A DNA stretch of 64,000 nucleotides from an uncultured Acidimicrobiaceae bacterium. GTDB lineage: Bacteria > Actinomycetota > Acidimicrobiia > Spongiisociales > UBA5794. The position numbers and the translations under genes were made by a program. Position 1 is the first letter of the stretch; the number at the start of each line of letters is the position of its first letter. The notes beneath the pieces are model-generated. The model was not told the origin of the DNA. It worked only from the letters and a program-made list of their open reading frames with translations, and did not search any database. The DNA lies in assembly GCA_947258375.1 (NCBI GenBank), contig CAMYIJ010000015.1, positions 1,817 to 65,816 of the forward strand, read 5' to 3'. Positions 1 through 9,724 of this stretch are shown here, one piece after another.

Positions 1-675
1 TGCTGAAGTCGGGAAAGAGCGGACCCAGGCTGCTTATGAGCGAGCATTCGCCGTACAGGGAGCCGTAGGGAAAGGGCCCCTGCAGAAAGAAATGCTGGAG
101 TTGACCGGCCTGGGTCATCAGGCCACGCACGATCCCCATGTCCATGGTGCTGATCTTCGTGGCGACAAGGTTGGGGACCGCCTCGAGCGCCATCACGTAC
201 TCGGCGGGAGCCATCGTGTTCATCCCATAGGGGTAGTTGTAGTGGAGGAAGTTGGCCTCCGGGAATGCGCCACAGACCTGCCGAAAGAATGCGACCTTCT
301 CGTCGGATTGCATGACGCCCCACGACGGCAAGACAATCTGGAACGTACCGGCTCCTCGATCGGATGCGTACCCGATACGTTCGAGCATGTGGTCAACGGA
401 CAGCGAGATCACGCCGATCTGCGGGTGAAGATCATCCCCGTCCATCAAGTCGCAGAACACATCCACGATTCGCCGGAAGGCCCGGTCGCTCAGTGCATAG
501 CCCTCACCAGCCGTGCCGAGCACATAGAGATGGGTGTAACCGTGAGCCAGCAGCTGATTGGTGTGCTTCGCAAAGATGTCGGTGTCGAGCTCATATTCCG
601 CGGTCCAAGGTGTGTTGAGTCCCTTGAGAAGTGCCTGTGGATACCGAGTTCGGGATGCGCCACCATCTTCCATCA
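1..675 (-). CDS. DapA/NAL-family class I aldolase (dihydrodipicolinate synthase family), truncated by window edge
   Basis: Reverse-strand translation gives MMEDGG...HLYVLGTAGEGYALSDRAFRRIVDVFCD..., matching the DapA-family GTxGE motif. Start ATG ~675; no stop before position 1. The listed 92..928 + ORF is its antisense. Confidence 0.6.
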
Positions 676-718
676 TTTCCTCAACTCTCTCTGGGCCGCC
701 GAGCCGGTCCTAATCCTG

Positions 719-964
719 TCATCCGCCACTGATGGCCGGGAGGAAGTGCACTTCCGACTCGGGGCCCAGCGGCAGATAGTCGGCGTTGGCCATCACCTCC
801 CCATCGATCGCGACCGCGATACCCTCCCGGAGACGACCTTTCATATCCGGGAACCTGTCCTCGAGCCGGTCGATCAGCTGGACAACCGAAGTGGCATCCA
901 CCTCGATCACGGTGGCACCCTCGGCTAGCTGCCGCAGTTCACCCGACAGGTGTACGCGTGCCAT
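719..964 (-). CDS. MoaD/ThiS-like ubiquitin-fold sulfur-carrier protein (81 aa, C-terminal Gly-Gly)
   Basis: 81-aa ORF ending ...FLPAISGG*. The length and GG terminus are typical of the MoaD/ThiS family. Overlaps the 3' end of the Mo-subunit gene by ~26 nt. Confidence 0.55.
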   Translation of the reverse strand: MARVHLSGELRQLAEGATVIEVDATSVVQLIDRLEDRFPDMKGRLREGIAVAIDGEVMANADYLPLGPESEVHFLPAISGG

Positions 965-3224
965 CGTCGCTGCGTCGCTCGATCGCCGAGTGAACCCGGA
1001 CCGCCGACATCGGGAGTTCTCGCATCCTGATCCCGGTTGCGTCGTAGATGGCGTTGGCTATCGCCGCCGTGGTCGGCACGATCCCAACCTCGCCCACCCC
1101 CCGCACCCCGTACGGGTGGCCGGGGTTGGGAACCTCCACTATCACCGTGTCGATCATGGGAAGGTCCGAAGCCACCGGCATTCGGTAGTCGAGGAATGAC
1201 GAGTTCTCCATCCGCCCGGTTTCGTCATATACGTATTCTTCGTTGAGGGCCCATCCGATGCCCTGGGCCACCCCGCCCTGCATCTGACCCTCCACATAGC
1301 TCGGGTGGATCGCGCGCCCGGCGTCCTGGGCGATGGTGTAGCGGAGGATTTTGACGTGTCCCGTCTCCGGGTCCACCTCGACATCACAGATCTGGGTGGA
1401 AAAGGCCACCCCGACGCCACGTGCTGTCAACGCGGCCGTTGCGGCGATCGGTCCTCCGGTCTTGGCAGCACTGCGCGCAATCTCGGTCAGCGTCAGCGGA
1501 GGCTTCGAACCGGACAGGTGCTGCGCCCGACCGCCCTGCCACTCGACTTCCTCAACATCTACCGCCCACAGGGTGGCCGCCCTTTGCCGAGCCGTTGCGA
1601 CCACATCGCGACAGGCCTCCACGACCGCCATTCCGGTGGCGAATGTCGTCCGGCTGCCGCCCGTGACGTCGTTGAATCCCACCGAGTCGGTGTCGACAAT
1701 GGATGGTCGGATTCTCTCTTGATCGATCCCGAGCTCCTCGGCTGCCATCAATGCCATCGACGCCCGGCTGCCGCCGATATCGGGGGATCCGATGAGCAGC
1801 GAGGCCGTACCGTCTTCGTGGATGTTCACAGTGGCAGTGGAGTCGAGGCCGGCGTTGAACCAGAATCCGGAGGCCACGCCGCGCCCCTGGTTGGCTTTCA
1901 AGGGTGCCGCATGGTGGGCGTGACTCCGAATGGCCTCGAGCGTTTCCTTGAAACCGATACGCTTGAAAGTGGGGCCGTAGGTGGACGCGACACCCTCTTC
2001 GGCCGCGTTGCGATATCGCAGCTCGATCGGGTCCAGGGAAAGCGCCTCGGCAACCTCGTCCAGGACCGTCTCCACGGCGAAGGCGGCGATCGGCGCCCCC
2101 GGCGCCCGATAGGCGGCTGCTTTCGGAGTGTTCAGGACCACGTCAAGGCCTTCGATGCCGACGTTGGGGATGTCGTACGGAGCAAACACGGTCTGGCAGG
2201 CGGCCCCAACAGCCGAACCCGGGAAAGCACCTGCCTCGAAAGCCATCCAGGCTTCGGCCCCGATGATGGTGCCATCGGAATTGGCACCGATCGTCACCCG
2301 GACTCGCGCCCCCGGATTCGGTCCCGAAGCTTGGAACACTTCCTGCCGGCTCATGACCAGCTTCACGGGTCGGCCCGCCCTGGCCGACAGGATGATCGCC
2401 AAAGGCTCGAGGTAAATCGTGGTCTTGCCCCCGAACCCGCCCCCGATCTCAGCCGGCACGACTTTGAGGCGCGACGGCTCCCACTTGAGCACGGTGGCGG
2501 TCAGGGTTCGTACGAGGAAGTGACCCTGGGACGAACACCACACCACAGAGCGACCGTCCTCGTCGGTGTCGGCGACAACGGCGTGAGGTTCGATGTATCC
2601 CTGGTGGACCGGCCTGATCTTGAACTCCCGCTCGATAACCACGTCGGACTCATCGAAGGCCGCCCTGACGTTGCCGCGATCGAAGAAGTGACGCTTGCCG
2701 ACGTTGGAAGGACCACGCGTCTCAGCCTCGGGATCGTTCGTAATGAGGTCGTGGTGCAGGATCGGGGCGTCGGGTGCCATCGCCTCGTCGACCGTCAGAA
2801 CGTGGGGGTGCACCTCGTAGTCCACCGCGATGGCCCGGGCTCCCTCCTCTGCGGCGCGCCGCGTCGTCGCCGCGATCGCCGCCACCGGGTGGCCGATGTA
2901 TAGAACCTTGTCTCGCGCCATGATGTTGCGAGATAGATCCCGATAGTCCACCACCGATTCCCCGCTCATGGCCTCCTCAGAGGTGATTTCCGGGAAGTCG
3001 TCACGCGTGATGACCGCCTTGACGCCCGGCACCTCCAGGGCCGCCGAGGTGTCGATCGAGCGGATCGTGGCGTGGGCGTGCGGACTACGTAGGACAACAC
3101 CAACAAGCATCCCGGGGAGGTGGTAGTCGGCGCCGAACCGGGCGCGGCCCGTCACCTTCTCGAGCCCGTCGGGACGGATCGACCTGGTACCGACCCACTT
3201 GTAGGGCGTCACGTCGGCAGTCAT
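939..3224 (-). CDS. xanthine dehydrogenase-family molybdopterin-binding large subunit (CoxL/CutL-like)
   Basis: ~760 aa with a GGGFGGK motif and an AAYRAPGAP loop, which fits neither form-I AYRCSFR nor form-II AYRGAGR. Start MTADVTPYKWVGT placed by ORF arithmetic. ATGA overlap with the upstream 2Fe-2S gene. Confidence 0.85.
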   Translation of the reverse strand: MTADVTPYKWVGTRSIRPDGLEKVTGRARFGADYHLPGMLVGVVLRSPHAHATIRSIDTSAALEVPGVKAVITRDDFPEITSEEAMSGESVVDYRDLSRNIMARDKVLYIGHPVAAIAATTRRAAEEGARAIAVDYEVHPHVLTVDEAMAPDAPILHHDLITNDPEAETRGPSNVGKRHFFDRGNVRAAFDESDVVIEREFKIRPVHQGYIEPHAVVADTDEDGRSVVWCSSQGHFLVRTLTATVLKWEPSRLKVVPAEIGGGFGGKTTIYLEPLAIILSARAGRPVKLVMSRQEVFQASGPNPGARVRVTIGANSDGTIIGAEAWMAFEAGAFPGSAVGAACQTVFAPYDIPNVGIEGLDVVLNTPKAAAYRAPGAPIAAFAVETVLDEVAEALSLDPIELRYRNAAEEGVASTYGPTFKRIGFKETLEAIRSHAHHAAPLKANQGRGVASGFWFNAGLDSTATVNIHEDGTASLLIGSPDIGGSRASMALMAAEELGIDQERIRPSIVDTDSVGFNDVTGGSRTTFATGMAVVEACRDVVATARQRAATLWAVDVEEVEWQGGRAQHLSGSKPPLTLTEIARSAAKTGGPIAATAALTARGVGVAFSTQICDVEVDPETGHVKILRYTIAQDAGRAIHPSYVEGQMQGGVAQGIGWALNEEYVYDETGRMENSSFLDYRMPVASDLPMIDTVIVEVPNPGHPYGVRGVGEVGIVPTTAAIANAIYDATGIRMRELPMSAVRVHSAIERRSDDGTRTPVG

Positions 3225-3706
3225 GACACCACCGCCGAGTCGCGCATTTCTGCCGCCGCATCCAGGATGGACCGCACTACCTTGTCGTAGCCGGTACAGC
3301 GGCACAGGTTGCCGGCGATCGCGTAGCGCACTTCTTCCTCGGTCGGTTTCAGGTTCCGATCGAGCAGCGCCTTGGCCGCGACGAGCAGGCCCGGCGTGCA
3401 GATCCCGCACTGCAGCGCCGCCCCTTCCAGGAACGCATGTTGAATTGGATGGAGGTGGTCGGCGTCGGCCAGTCCCTCCACGGTAAGCACATCGGCGCCC
3501 TCGACCTCCCGAGCAAACACGAGGCATGAACAATTCAAACGTCCATCGATGAGCACGGAACAGGCGCCGCAGTCTCCGGTGGCGCAGCCTTCCTTGGTGC
3601 CCGTCAGTTGAAGCTCGTCTCGCAGAGCGTCAAGCAGCGTTTGCCGGTCGTCGACGAGGAACTCGACTTCATCGCCGTTGATCGTGCAGGTCACGTGCGA
3701 TCTCAT
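3221..3706 (-). CDS. Mo-hydroxylase small subunit, [2Fe-2S] (CoxS-like)
   Basis: 161 aa with ...CATGDCGACSV... and ...CGICTPG...CRCTGY... cysteine clusters. ATGA overlaps with both neighbouring genes. Confidence 0.9.
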   Translation of the reverse strand: MRSHVTCTINGDEVEFLVDDRQTLLDALRDELQLTGTKEGCATGDCGACSVLIDGRLNCSCLVFAREVEGADVLTVEGLADADHLHPIQHAFLEGAALQCGICTPGLLVAAKALLDRNLKPTEEEVRYAIAGNLCRCTGYDKVVRSILDAAAEMRDSAVVS

Positions 3707-4563
3707 CGTTGTTCACTCGCTCTCTCGGCAGCCAACCGCAGCACCCTCGTGGTGAGGACTCCGGCAATATGCCGCCGAAACTCTTTTGTTCCGCGCTTGT
3801 CGTCAATGGGACGGCACGCCTCACTGCTCAGTGCTGCACACCGAGCCAACGCTTCCTCATCGAACGTTGAGCCGACCAGCTCTTCGGCGATACCGCCAAC
3901 TCGCACCGTGGTAGGAGCAACGGCACCGAGGACAACCGCCGCGTCGGTGCACCGGCCGGCGTCATCAACCGCAACCCGAGCCGCAGCACCAACGACCGCG
4001 ATATCCATCTCGGTCCGTGGGGTGAATCGCAGGTAGGCGTCGGCCCGGCGCGCCGCAGGGCGATCGAGTTGAAACTCCGCGACGAACTCGCCGGGCTCCA
4101 GTGACGTCTCGCCGGGGCCCCGCACCAGATCGGCTATCGGGATCGTGCGAAAACCTGCCGTCGAGACAATCACGGCGCGCGCCTCGTTTACCACCATCGA
4201 CGGTCCCGAATCCGCCGCCGGAGAGGCGTTGCAGAGATTCCCGCCGAGGCTGGCCCGGTTCTGGATCTGGTCAGATCCAATGAGTGCGACCGCTTCCACG
4301 AGGCCCGGGTATTCGGATCGCAATTGCGAGTGCTCGGCCAGCCGGGCGGCCGACGCGGCTGCGCCGATAGTCCACCCCTGGTCGTCGACCTCCAGATTCA
4401 TGAGACGGGGGATACGTTTGAGATCCACCAGCACGTCTTCAAGCCGCCGACCGGCTTGCGCTTGGGGCAGAAGATCCGTAGCCCCGGCAAATACCTTGGC
4501 GGCTGAGTTCGATGCCAGGAGCTGGCACGCCTCGTCGACGGTCACGGGGGCTGTGTACATCAT
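3703..4563 (-). CDS. Mo-hydroxylase medium subunit, FAD-binding (CoxM-like)
   Basis: 286 aa beginning MMYTAPVTVDEACQLL...FAGATDLLP, an FAD-binding PCMH-type domain. First gene of the M-S-L operon. Confidence 0.85.
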   Translation of the reverse strand: MMYTAPVTVDEACQLLASNSAAKVFAGATDLLPQAQAGRRLEDVLVDLKRIPRLMNLEVDDQGWTIGAAASAARLAEHSQLRSEYPGLVEAVALIGSDQIQNRASLGGNLCNASPAADSGPSMVVNEARAVIVSTAGFRTIPIADLVRGPGETSLEPGEFVAEFQLDRPAARRADAYLRFTPRTEMDIAVVGAAARVAVDDAGRCTDAAVVLGAVAPTTVRVGGIAEELVGSTFDEEALARCAALSSEACRPIDDKRGTKEFRRHIAGVLTTRVLRLAAERASEQR

Positions 4564-4723
4564 GAGTCCACTCGATCCTAGTCACTCGACGACTGGCGAA
4601 TTGTAGGACAAATCCCGGCCGACATGCTGGCCGCGAAGCGTGCCGTATTGCCGAACCGGGGTGGCGCACGCCTAGGCCAGGAGGGGTAGCGTAATGGTCT
4701 GACTTTCAACCCAAGGAGAGAAG

Positions 4724-5734
4724 ATGGCTCCCAGTCAGACGCCAACTTCGGGCGAGCCCGCGGTGATGGTAACGATCGTCGACCCGCTCACCTGGAGTCG
4801 CGACTTCTCATACGATGTCGAAAACTCCATTCTCAGCGCCGCCGGGGTAACCCTGCGCGTACCGGAGGACAGCGCGGAGCGCGACCGTCTCCTGCCGCAA
4901 GCGGATGCCATCATCTCGAGCGGTATTGAACAGGTGGATGCCGCGACGATCGACTCCCTGGAACGCTGCGTCGCAATCCAGTGCTATTCCGTTGGGATGA
5001 ACGCCATCGACATCGAGGCGGCAACATCGGCAGGAATCCAGGTGGCCAACGTCAACGTGAGCGTGGCGGATGTCGCCGATCACACGATGGCACTGCTCTT
5101 GTGTCTCGAACGGCGTCTCGTGCCGATGTTCGAAGCCACCGAGCGCCACGAGTGGAATCTGCGGAACTTGACCGACCCCTGGGAGATCCGACGCCTCGAG
5201 GGACGCACACTTGGCATCGTAGGGGCGGGCAGGATCGGACGTGCCGTTGCTGTGAGAGCGAGGGTGTTTGGATACAAGACCGTCGCTCACGATATTGTCG
5301 ACCCCGTCCCTGCCGAACCGGATCTCGAGATGGTGCCTATCAGCGAGCTCTTCGCCTGCAGCGATGCGATTGCCATCTGCGCGTCCCTGGATCCGAAAGC
5401 ACCTAAGTTGATCAATTCGGAAGTGCTGGCCCACACCAAGCCGGGGGCGCTCTTCATCAACGCGGCCCGAGGGGGCCTCGTCGATGAGGGAGCGCTCGCG
5501 GCCGCTCTCGACGACGGGCGGGTTCGACTGGCAGCACTCGATGTGCGGGACCCGGAACCCCCAGATCCTGAGAACGATGCCCTCGGTGGACGACCGGACG
5601 TGCTGCAGACGCCCCACATGGCGGCGATATCGGAACGAACTCGCAGCGACATCCACGGTCAGGTGGCCGAAAGCATCCTGAGGATGTTGCGCGAGAGCGG
5701 GCGGCTCGGCACGGGCGGAGAGGGCGGCGAATGA
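4724..5734 (+). CDS. D-isomer-specific 2-hydroxyacid dehydrogenase (NAD-binding)
   Basis: GIVGAGRIGRAVA Rossmann motif and the catalytic-domain layout of the PGDH/GyaR family. Confidence 0.85.
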   Translation: MAPSQTPTSGEPAVMVTIVDPLTWSRDFSYDVENSILSAAGVTLRVPEDSAERDRLLPQADAIISSGIEQVDAATIDSLERCVAIQCYSVGMNAIDIEAATSAGIQVANVNVSVADVADHTMALLLCLERRLVPMFEATERHEWNLRNLTDPWEIRRLEGRTLGIVGAGRIGRAVAVRARVFGYKTVAHDIVDPVPAEPDLEMVPISELFACSDAIAICASLDPKAPKLINSEVLAHTKPGALFINAARGGLVDEGALAAALDDGRVRLAALDVRDPEPPDPENDALGGRPDVLQTPHMAAISERTRSDIHGQVAESILRMLRESGRLGTGGEGGE

Positions 5735-6828
5735 CCGGCTCGACACCGACGGCGCCGGCCGTGAAAGCCGGGATCATTGGACTGAGCTGGATAGCAGCCG
5801 ACCCGCCGGGGCCCGCGTCATGGCACCCGCTGGGTACCGCCCCTCCGTACAGCCACGCCTCGGCGATGGACGCGGTGGGCGGCGTCGATGTGGTTGCCGT
5901 GTGCGACATCCAGCCGGATGCCAGAAGCCGGTTCCTCGATCGTTGGCGCAACGTCTGGCCCGACGTGCGCGCCTTCGACGACGTGAATGACATGCTCGAG
6001 GTGCAGCTCGATCTCGTTTCGGTGGTGACCCCGGATCACCTCCACGGATCGATGATCGAGAGATGCATCGATGCCGGAGTCAAGATGGTCTTCTGCGAGA
6101 AGCCATTCACAACGAGCCTTGACGAAGCCGATCGGCTGCTCGAGCGGATCGATGCCGCCGGCACCACGGTGTCGGTCAACCACACCTGGCGATGGCGCCC
6201 GGAGGTTGCCGAGGCACTCGAAATGATCGGCCGGGGGGACCTGGGACCGCTGTCCCACGTCACCATCGAGGCCGGTGGGCCCCGGGCGATGCTGTTTCGC
6301 AATCTCAGCCACTTCATCGACCTCGCCATCCACCTCGTGGGAGTGGAGCCGGACTGGGTGATTGGAGAGTTGGAACACGGAACCGGAGAGTACGGGCTCA
6401 GCTATGCGGGAGAAGGAGGCAGTGATCCGACCCTCGATCCGGGCGCTTCGATCCTGATCGGCTTCTCGGGGGGTGTCCGCGCCTTCGTCACCGGCTTGAA
6501 GTCATCACTGCCCGATGTCTCCGTCCAGGTGCTCTGCCGCGACGGCCGAATCAGTATCGACGGCCTCGGCGCTCGGGTGACCAGTGTCTCGAGAACGAGC
6601 GACGGCACTCCGGCGTCAGTCAGCGGACCGGCAATCCATCCGCTGCGGCCGCGTTTCACTTCATCGGGCATGAAGGCCGGGCTGGCAGACCTCATCGATT
6701 CCTTTCGGCGTGGTGAGGAACCCTCAGGCTCGGCGCAGAGTGCGAGGAGAACCGTGGCCGTGATCGATGCCATCCTGCGCTCGCACGCTGCGGGCAACGC
6801 CAAGGTCCCGGTCGCCAGGCCCATCTGA
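5731..6828 (+). CDS. Gfo/Idh/MocA family oxidoreductase
   Basis: N-terminal AGIIGLSWIA Rossmann fold followed by a C-terminal alpha/beta domain. 4-nt overlap with the upstream gene. Confidence 0.8.
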   Translation: MTGSTPTAPAVKAGIIGLSWIAADPPGPASWHPLGTAPPYSHASAMDAVGGVDVVAVCDIQPDARSRFLDRWRNVWPDVRAFDDVNDMLEVQLDLVSVVTPDHLHGSMIERCIDAGVKMVFCEKPFTTSLDEADRLLERIDAAGTTVSVNHTWRWRPEVAEALEMIGRGDLGPLSHVTIEAGGPRAMLFRNLSHFIDLAIHLVGVEPDWVIGELEHGTGEYGLSYAGEGGSDPTLDPGASILIGFSGGVRAFVTGLKSSLPDVSVQVLCRDGRISIDGLGARVTSVSRTSDGTPASVSGPAIHPLRPRFTSSGMKAGLADLIDSFRRGEEPSGSAQSARRTVAVIDAILRSHAAGNAKVPVARPI

Positions 6829-6869
6829 GCCGACAGCGCTCGGCCGCGGGTCTATCCGGTGAAGGTCGA

Positions 6870-7664
6870 TCAGGCTTCCGCCAGAATGCCGCGCATTTTC
6901 GCGCCCAAGGTTCGGTACCAGGCCGTGAGGATGGTCACGTCGGTGCCAACGCAGAAATGGCGCACCCCCATATCGAGGTAGCGCTCGAAACCCTCCGGCC
7001 CGGCTGGTTCCACCCGTGGGTGTTTTCCCATACGGAGAGCCGTCTTGATGACGTGCTCCTCGGCTTCGACAACTTGAGGATCGTGGTACTGCGTGGGCTT
7101 GCCGATGCTCAGCGCGTAGTCGGCGGGGCCGAACTGGACCATGTCGATACCTTCTACCGAAAGGATCGCCTCCAGGTTCTCCACCGCCGACCGCTTCTCG
7201 ATCATGACGGCGACAACCGCGTCCTCGAGCGCCTGCACAAACTCTGGAGTGCCGGCGTCCATACCGAACCGGACGTATCTCCTCATGTTCACGCCGTGGT
7301 CGCCACCACCTTTCGGAGTATCGGCTCTGATGGCCCGCACACACCGCTCGGCGTCCGCCACGGTTCGAACGGCCGAGAAGAGGAGGTTCTGGAAGCCGGC
7401 GCCCATCGCGCGGTTTGCCAGCCATCCGCTGGGACCCTGCTCGACTTTGATCATCCCGCTCATGTGCTCGAATAGGTCGATCGCTCGTCCCAGATTGTCC
7501 ATGGTGTGGAGATCGTGGGGCGCATACTCGGCGACGTACTCCACGTAGTCGAACTGCCCGGAATGTCCGACCATTTCGACAATGGATGGCCACGGGCTGT
7601 GAAAGTGTGTGCCAAGCGAAGGGCTTCCGGCATTGAGCAATTCGCGCAGTCTGTTCCGTCGCAC
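6870..7664 (-). CDS. HpcH/HpaI-family 2-keto-3-deoxy-acid aldolase
   Basis: NRLRELLNAGSPSLGTHFHSPWPSIVEMVGHSGQFDYVEYVAEYAPHD matches the HpcH family. GTG start chosen 6 nt downstream of GGAGG; the ORF extends to 7733. Confidence 0.75.
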   Translation of the reverse strand: MRRNRLRELLNAGSPSLGTHFHSPWPSIVEMVGHSGQFDYVEYVAEYAPHDLHTMDNLGRAIDLFEHMSGMIKVEQGPSGWLANRAMGAGFQNLLFSAVRTVADAERCVRAIRADTPKGGGDHGVNMRRYVRFGMDAGTPEFVQALEDAVVAVMIEKRSAVENLEAILSVEGIDMVQFGPADYALSIGKPTQYHDPQVVEAEEHVIKTALRMGKHPRVEPAGPEGFERYLDMGVRHFCVGTDVTILTAWYRTLGAKMRGILAEA

Positions 7665-7782
7665 GGGCGGCCTCCTCACCGGTAAAAAGTCCGATGTATG
7701 ATGCTGTGTCGACCGCAGATAGACAAGCGCCACACCGCGGTTCGGGCAATCTGCCTGCCACCGCCGAGCTAGCTAGAGGCAG

Positions 7783-8850
7783 ATGAGTCCAGTGCCACCG
7801 TCTTCCCCCACCGTCCGTGTCGGCATTGTCGGCGCCGGCGAAAACGCCCGGCGCCACCATCTCCCCAAGCTGGCGAATATCGCCGGCGTCGAGATCGTGG
7901 CGGTCTGCAACAGAACGAGAGGCTCGGCGGAGCGGGTGGCGCGTGACTGGGGAATCGCCACCATTCACGACGACTGGCATTCTCTCGTGGAATCCGATGA
8001 CGTCGATGCCGTGGTTATTGGAACGTGGCCCAACATGCATCGGGCGGTGACGCTGGGGGCACTGCAGGCGGGTAAACACGTGCTGTGTGAAGCTCGCATG
8101 GCAATGGACGCTCAAGAGGCACACGACATGTTGAGCGCGGCCCGGGCCCGACCGAACCTGGTGGCCCAATTGGTCCCCTCCCCCCTTTCCTTTGGGGTCG
8201 ACAAGACTATTGCCCGCCTGATTGCCACCGGCTACTTGGGGACACCGCTTTCGCTGAGTGTCGAAGTGCGCAGCGGCACCTTCCCTGATCCGACGTCCTT
8301 GCTCCACTGGCGCGAAGACGTCGCGTGTTCGGGCAGGAACGTAATGGGTCTGGGAATTTGGTACGAGACGGTCATGCGTTGGATCGGCGAAGCGACATCC
8401 GTCACAGCGTCGGGCAAAGTGGTCGTGCGCTCCCGTATGGACTCTTCCGGCATCGCGACGCCGATTCGGATACCCGATCACCTCGACGTGGTTGCGGACA
8501 TGGCGTGCGGCGCGCAAGCACACTTTCAATTCTCAAATGTGAGCGGCATCATCGCCTCCAGCCGAGCGACGTTGTTCGGTGCCGACGGTGTGCTGCAACT
8601 CGACGGTGGGAACTTGCTGGGAGGCCGGCGGGGAGACACGGCCCTGCATGCGATCGACGTACCCCCAGACGAAGCCGGGCACTGGCGGGTGGAAGAAGAG
8701 TTCATCGGCGCAATCCGCGGGGAGGAGGAAGTCACTCTTACCGACTTCTCGACAGGAATGAAATACATGGAGTTCACGGAGGCCGTATGGATGAGCCTCA
8801 GGCACGGGCGGCGGATAACCCTTCCGCTCGACGGGTTCGACGGCACTTGA
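7783..8850 (+). CDS. Gfo/Idh/MocA family oxidoreductase
   Basis: VRVGIVGAGENARRHHLPKLA...VVAVCNR N-terminal Rossmann motif. Confidence 0.8.
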   Translation: MSPVPPSSPTVRVGIVGAGENARRHHLPKLANIAGVEIVAVCNRTRGSAERVARDWGIATIHDDWHSLVESDDVDAVVIGTWPNMHRAVTLGALQAGKHVLCEARMAMDAQEAHDMLSAARARPNLVAQLVPSPLSFGVDKTIARLIATGYLGTPLSLSVEVRSGTFPDPTSLLHWREDVACSGRNVMGLGIWYETVMRWIGEATSVTASGKVVVRSRMDSSGIATPIRIPDHLDVVADMACGAQAHFQFSNVSGIIASSRATLFGADGVLQLDGGNLLGGRRGDTALHAIDVPPDEAGHWRVEEEFIGAIRGEEEVTLTDFSTGMKYMEFTEAVWMSLRHGRRITLPLDGFDGT

Positions 8851-8947
8851 AGGAACCACGCCGGGAAACCGGCTGGCGAGTTCAGCGCGGCGATTCTGCC
8901 GCCGGACACCAGCGCGAGGCCGGCCCGGATCTCGAAGGAGGAGAGAC

Positions 8948-9688
8948 ATGAAGCGAGTCGCATTCGTCACGGGCGCCGGAGGGGGCATCGGGCGAGCCGT
9001 CGCGCTCGGCCTGAGCGCCGATACAACCACGATCGTGCTCGCTGATCTCGACGAGGCCGGCTTGGAAGAGACGAATCGTCTCCTCCTCGAGGCCGGCGGA
9101 TCAGGAAGAACGGCAATCCTCGATGTGACCGACCGGGTCGCGGTTCGCAGCCTCGTCGATGAGACGGTGGCCGAGTTCGGACCGATTGGTGTGCTCATCA
9201 ATTGTGCAGGCACCCTGACGCCGACCCGCGTCATCGACATCACGGAGGACGAATGGGACGGCGTCGTTGACGTGAACCTGAAAGGCACGTTCCTGTGTTC
9301 GCAGGCCGTTCTGCCCGGCATGGAGGACGTCGGCTGGGGCCGGATAGTGAATCTGAGTTCCTCTGCGGGTAAGAACGTATCGACGGTCGGCGGCGCCCAT
9401 TACACCGCCGCCAAGGCGGGCGTTCTCGGGTTCACCAGGCATTTGGCAAAGGAAGTGGCCGGCATCGGCGTGACGGTCAACGCGGTGTGCCCGGGCCTGA
9501 TCGATACCCAGATGGTCAGGCAGACAATCAACGAGGAGAAGATGGCCTGGTACGCCAACTCCTTCCCCATCCAGCGCCTCGGGACTCCCGCAGAGGTGGC
9601 GACTGTGGTGTGTTTCCTGGCCTCCGAGGGTGCCGCCTACATCACGGGAGTGGCTCTCGACATCAATGGCGGCGACCTGATGGTGTAG
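8948..9688 (+). CDS. SDR family oxidoreductase (3-oxoacyl-ACP reductase-like)
   Basis: VAFVTGAGGGIGRAVA, NCAG, and YTAAKAG (YxxxK) motifs. Confidence 0.85.
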   Translation: MKRVAFVTGAGGGIGRAVALGLSADTTTIVLADLDEAGLEETNRLLLEAGGSGRTAILDVTDRVAVRSLVDETVAEFGPIGVLINCAGTLTPTRVIDITEDEWDGVVDVNLKGTFLCSQAVLPGMEDVGWGRIVNLSSSAGKNVSTVGGAHYTAAKAGVLGFTRHLAKEVAGIGVTVNAVCPGLIDTQMVRQTINEEKMAWYANSFPIQRLGTPAEVATVVCFLASEGAAYITGVALDINGGDLMV

Positions 9689-9724
9689 GCGAGCCGGGGC
9701 CGGCGGCCGCGAGATCTGGAGGAG

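Noticed and set aside
92-928. 278-aa + strand ORF
   Set aside because: It is antisense to the well-supported DapA-family gene and has a Gly/Val/His/Arg-rich composition typical of a high-GC shadow frame.
1305-2903. 532-aa + strand ORF
   Set aside because: It is antisense to the Mo-hydroxylase large subunit, is Arg/Gly-rich, and shows no family signature.
6724-8529. 601-aa minus-strand ORF spanning several genes
   Set aside because: Extremely Arg/Gly/His-rich. It overlaps the HpcH aldolase and Gfo/Idh/MocA genes, both of which have clear domain evidence, so it is a shadow ORF of GC-rich DNA.
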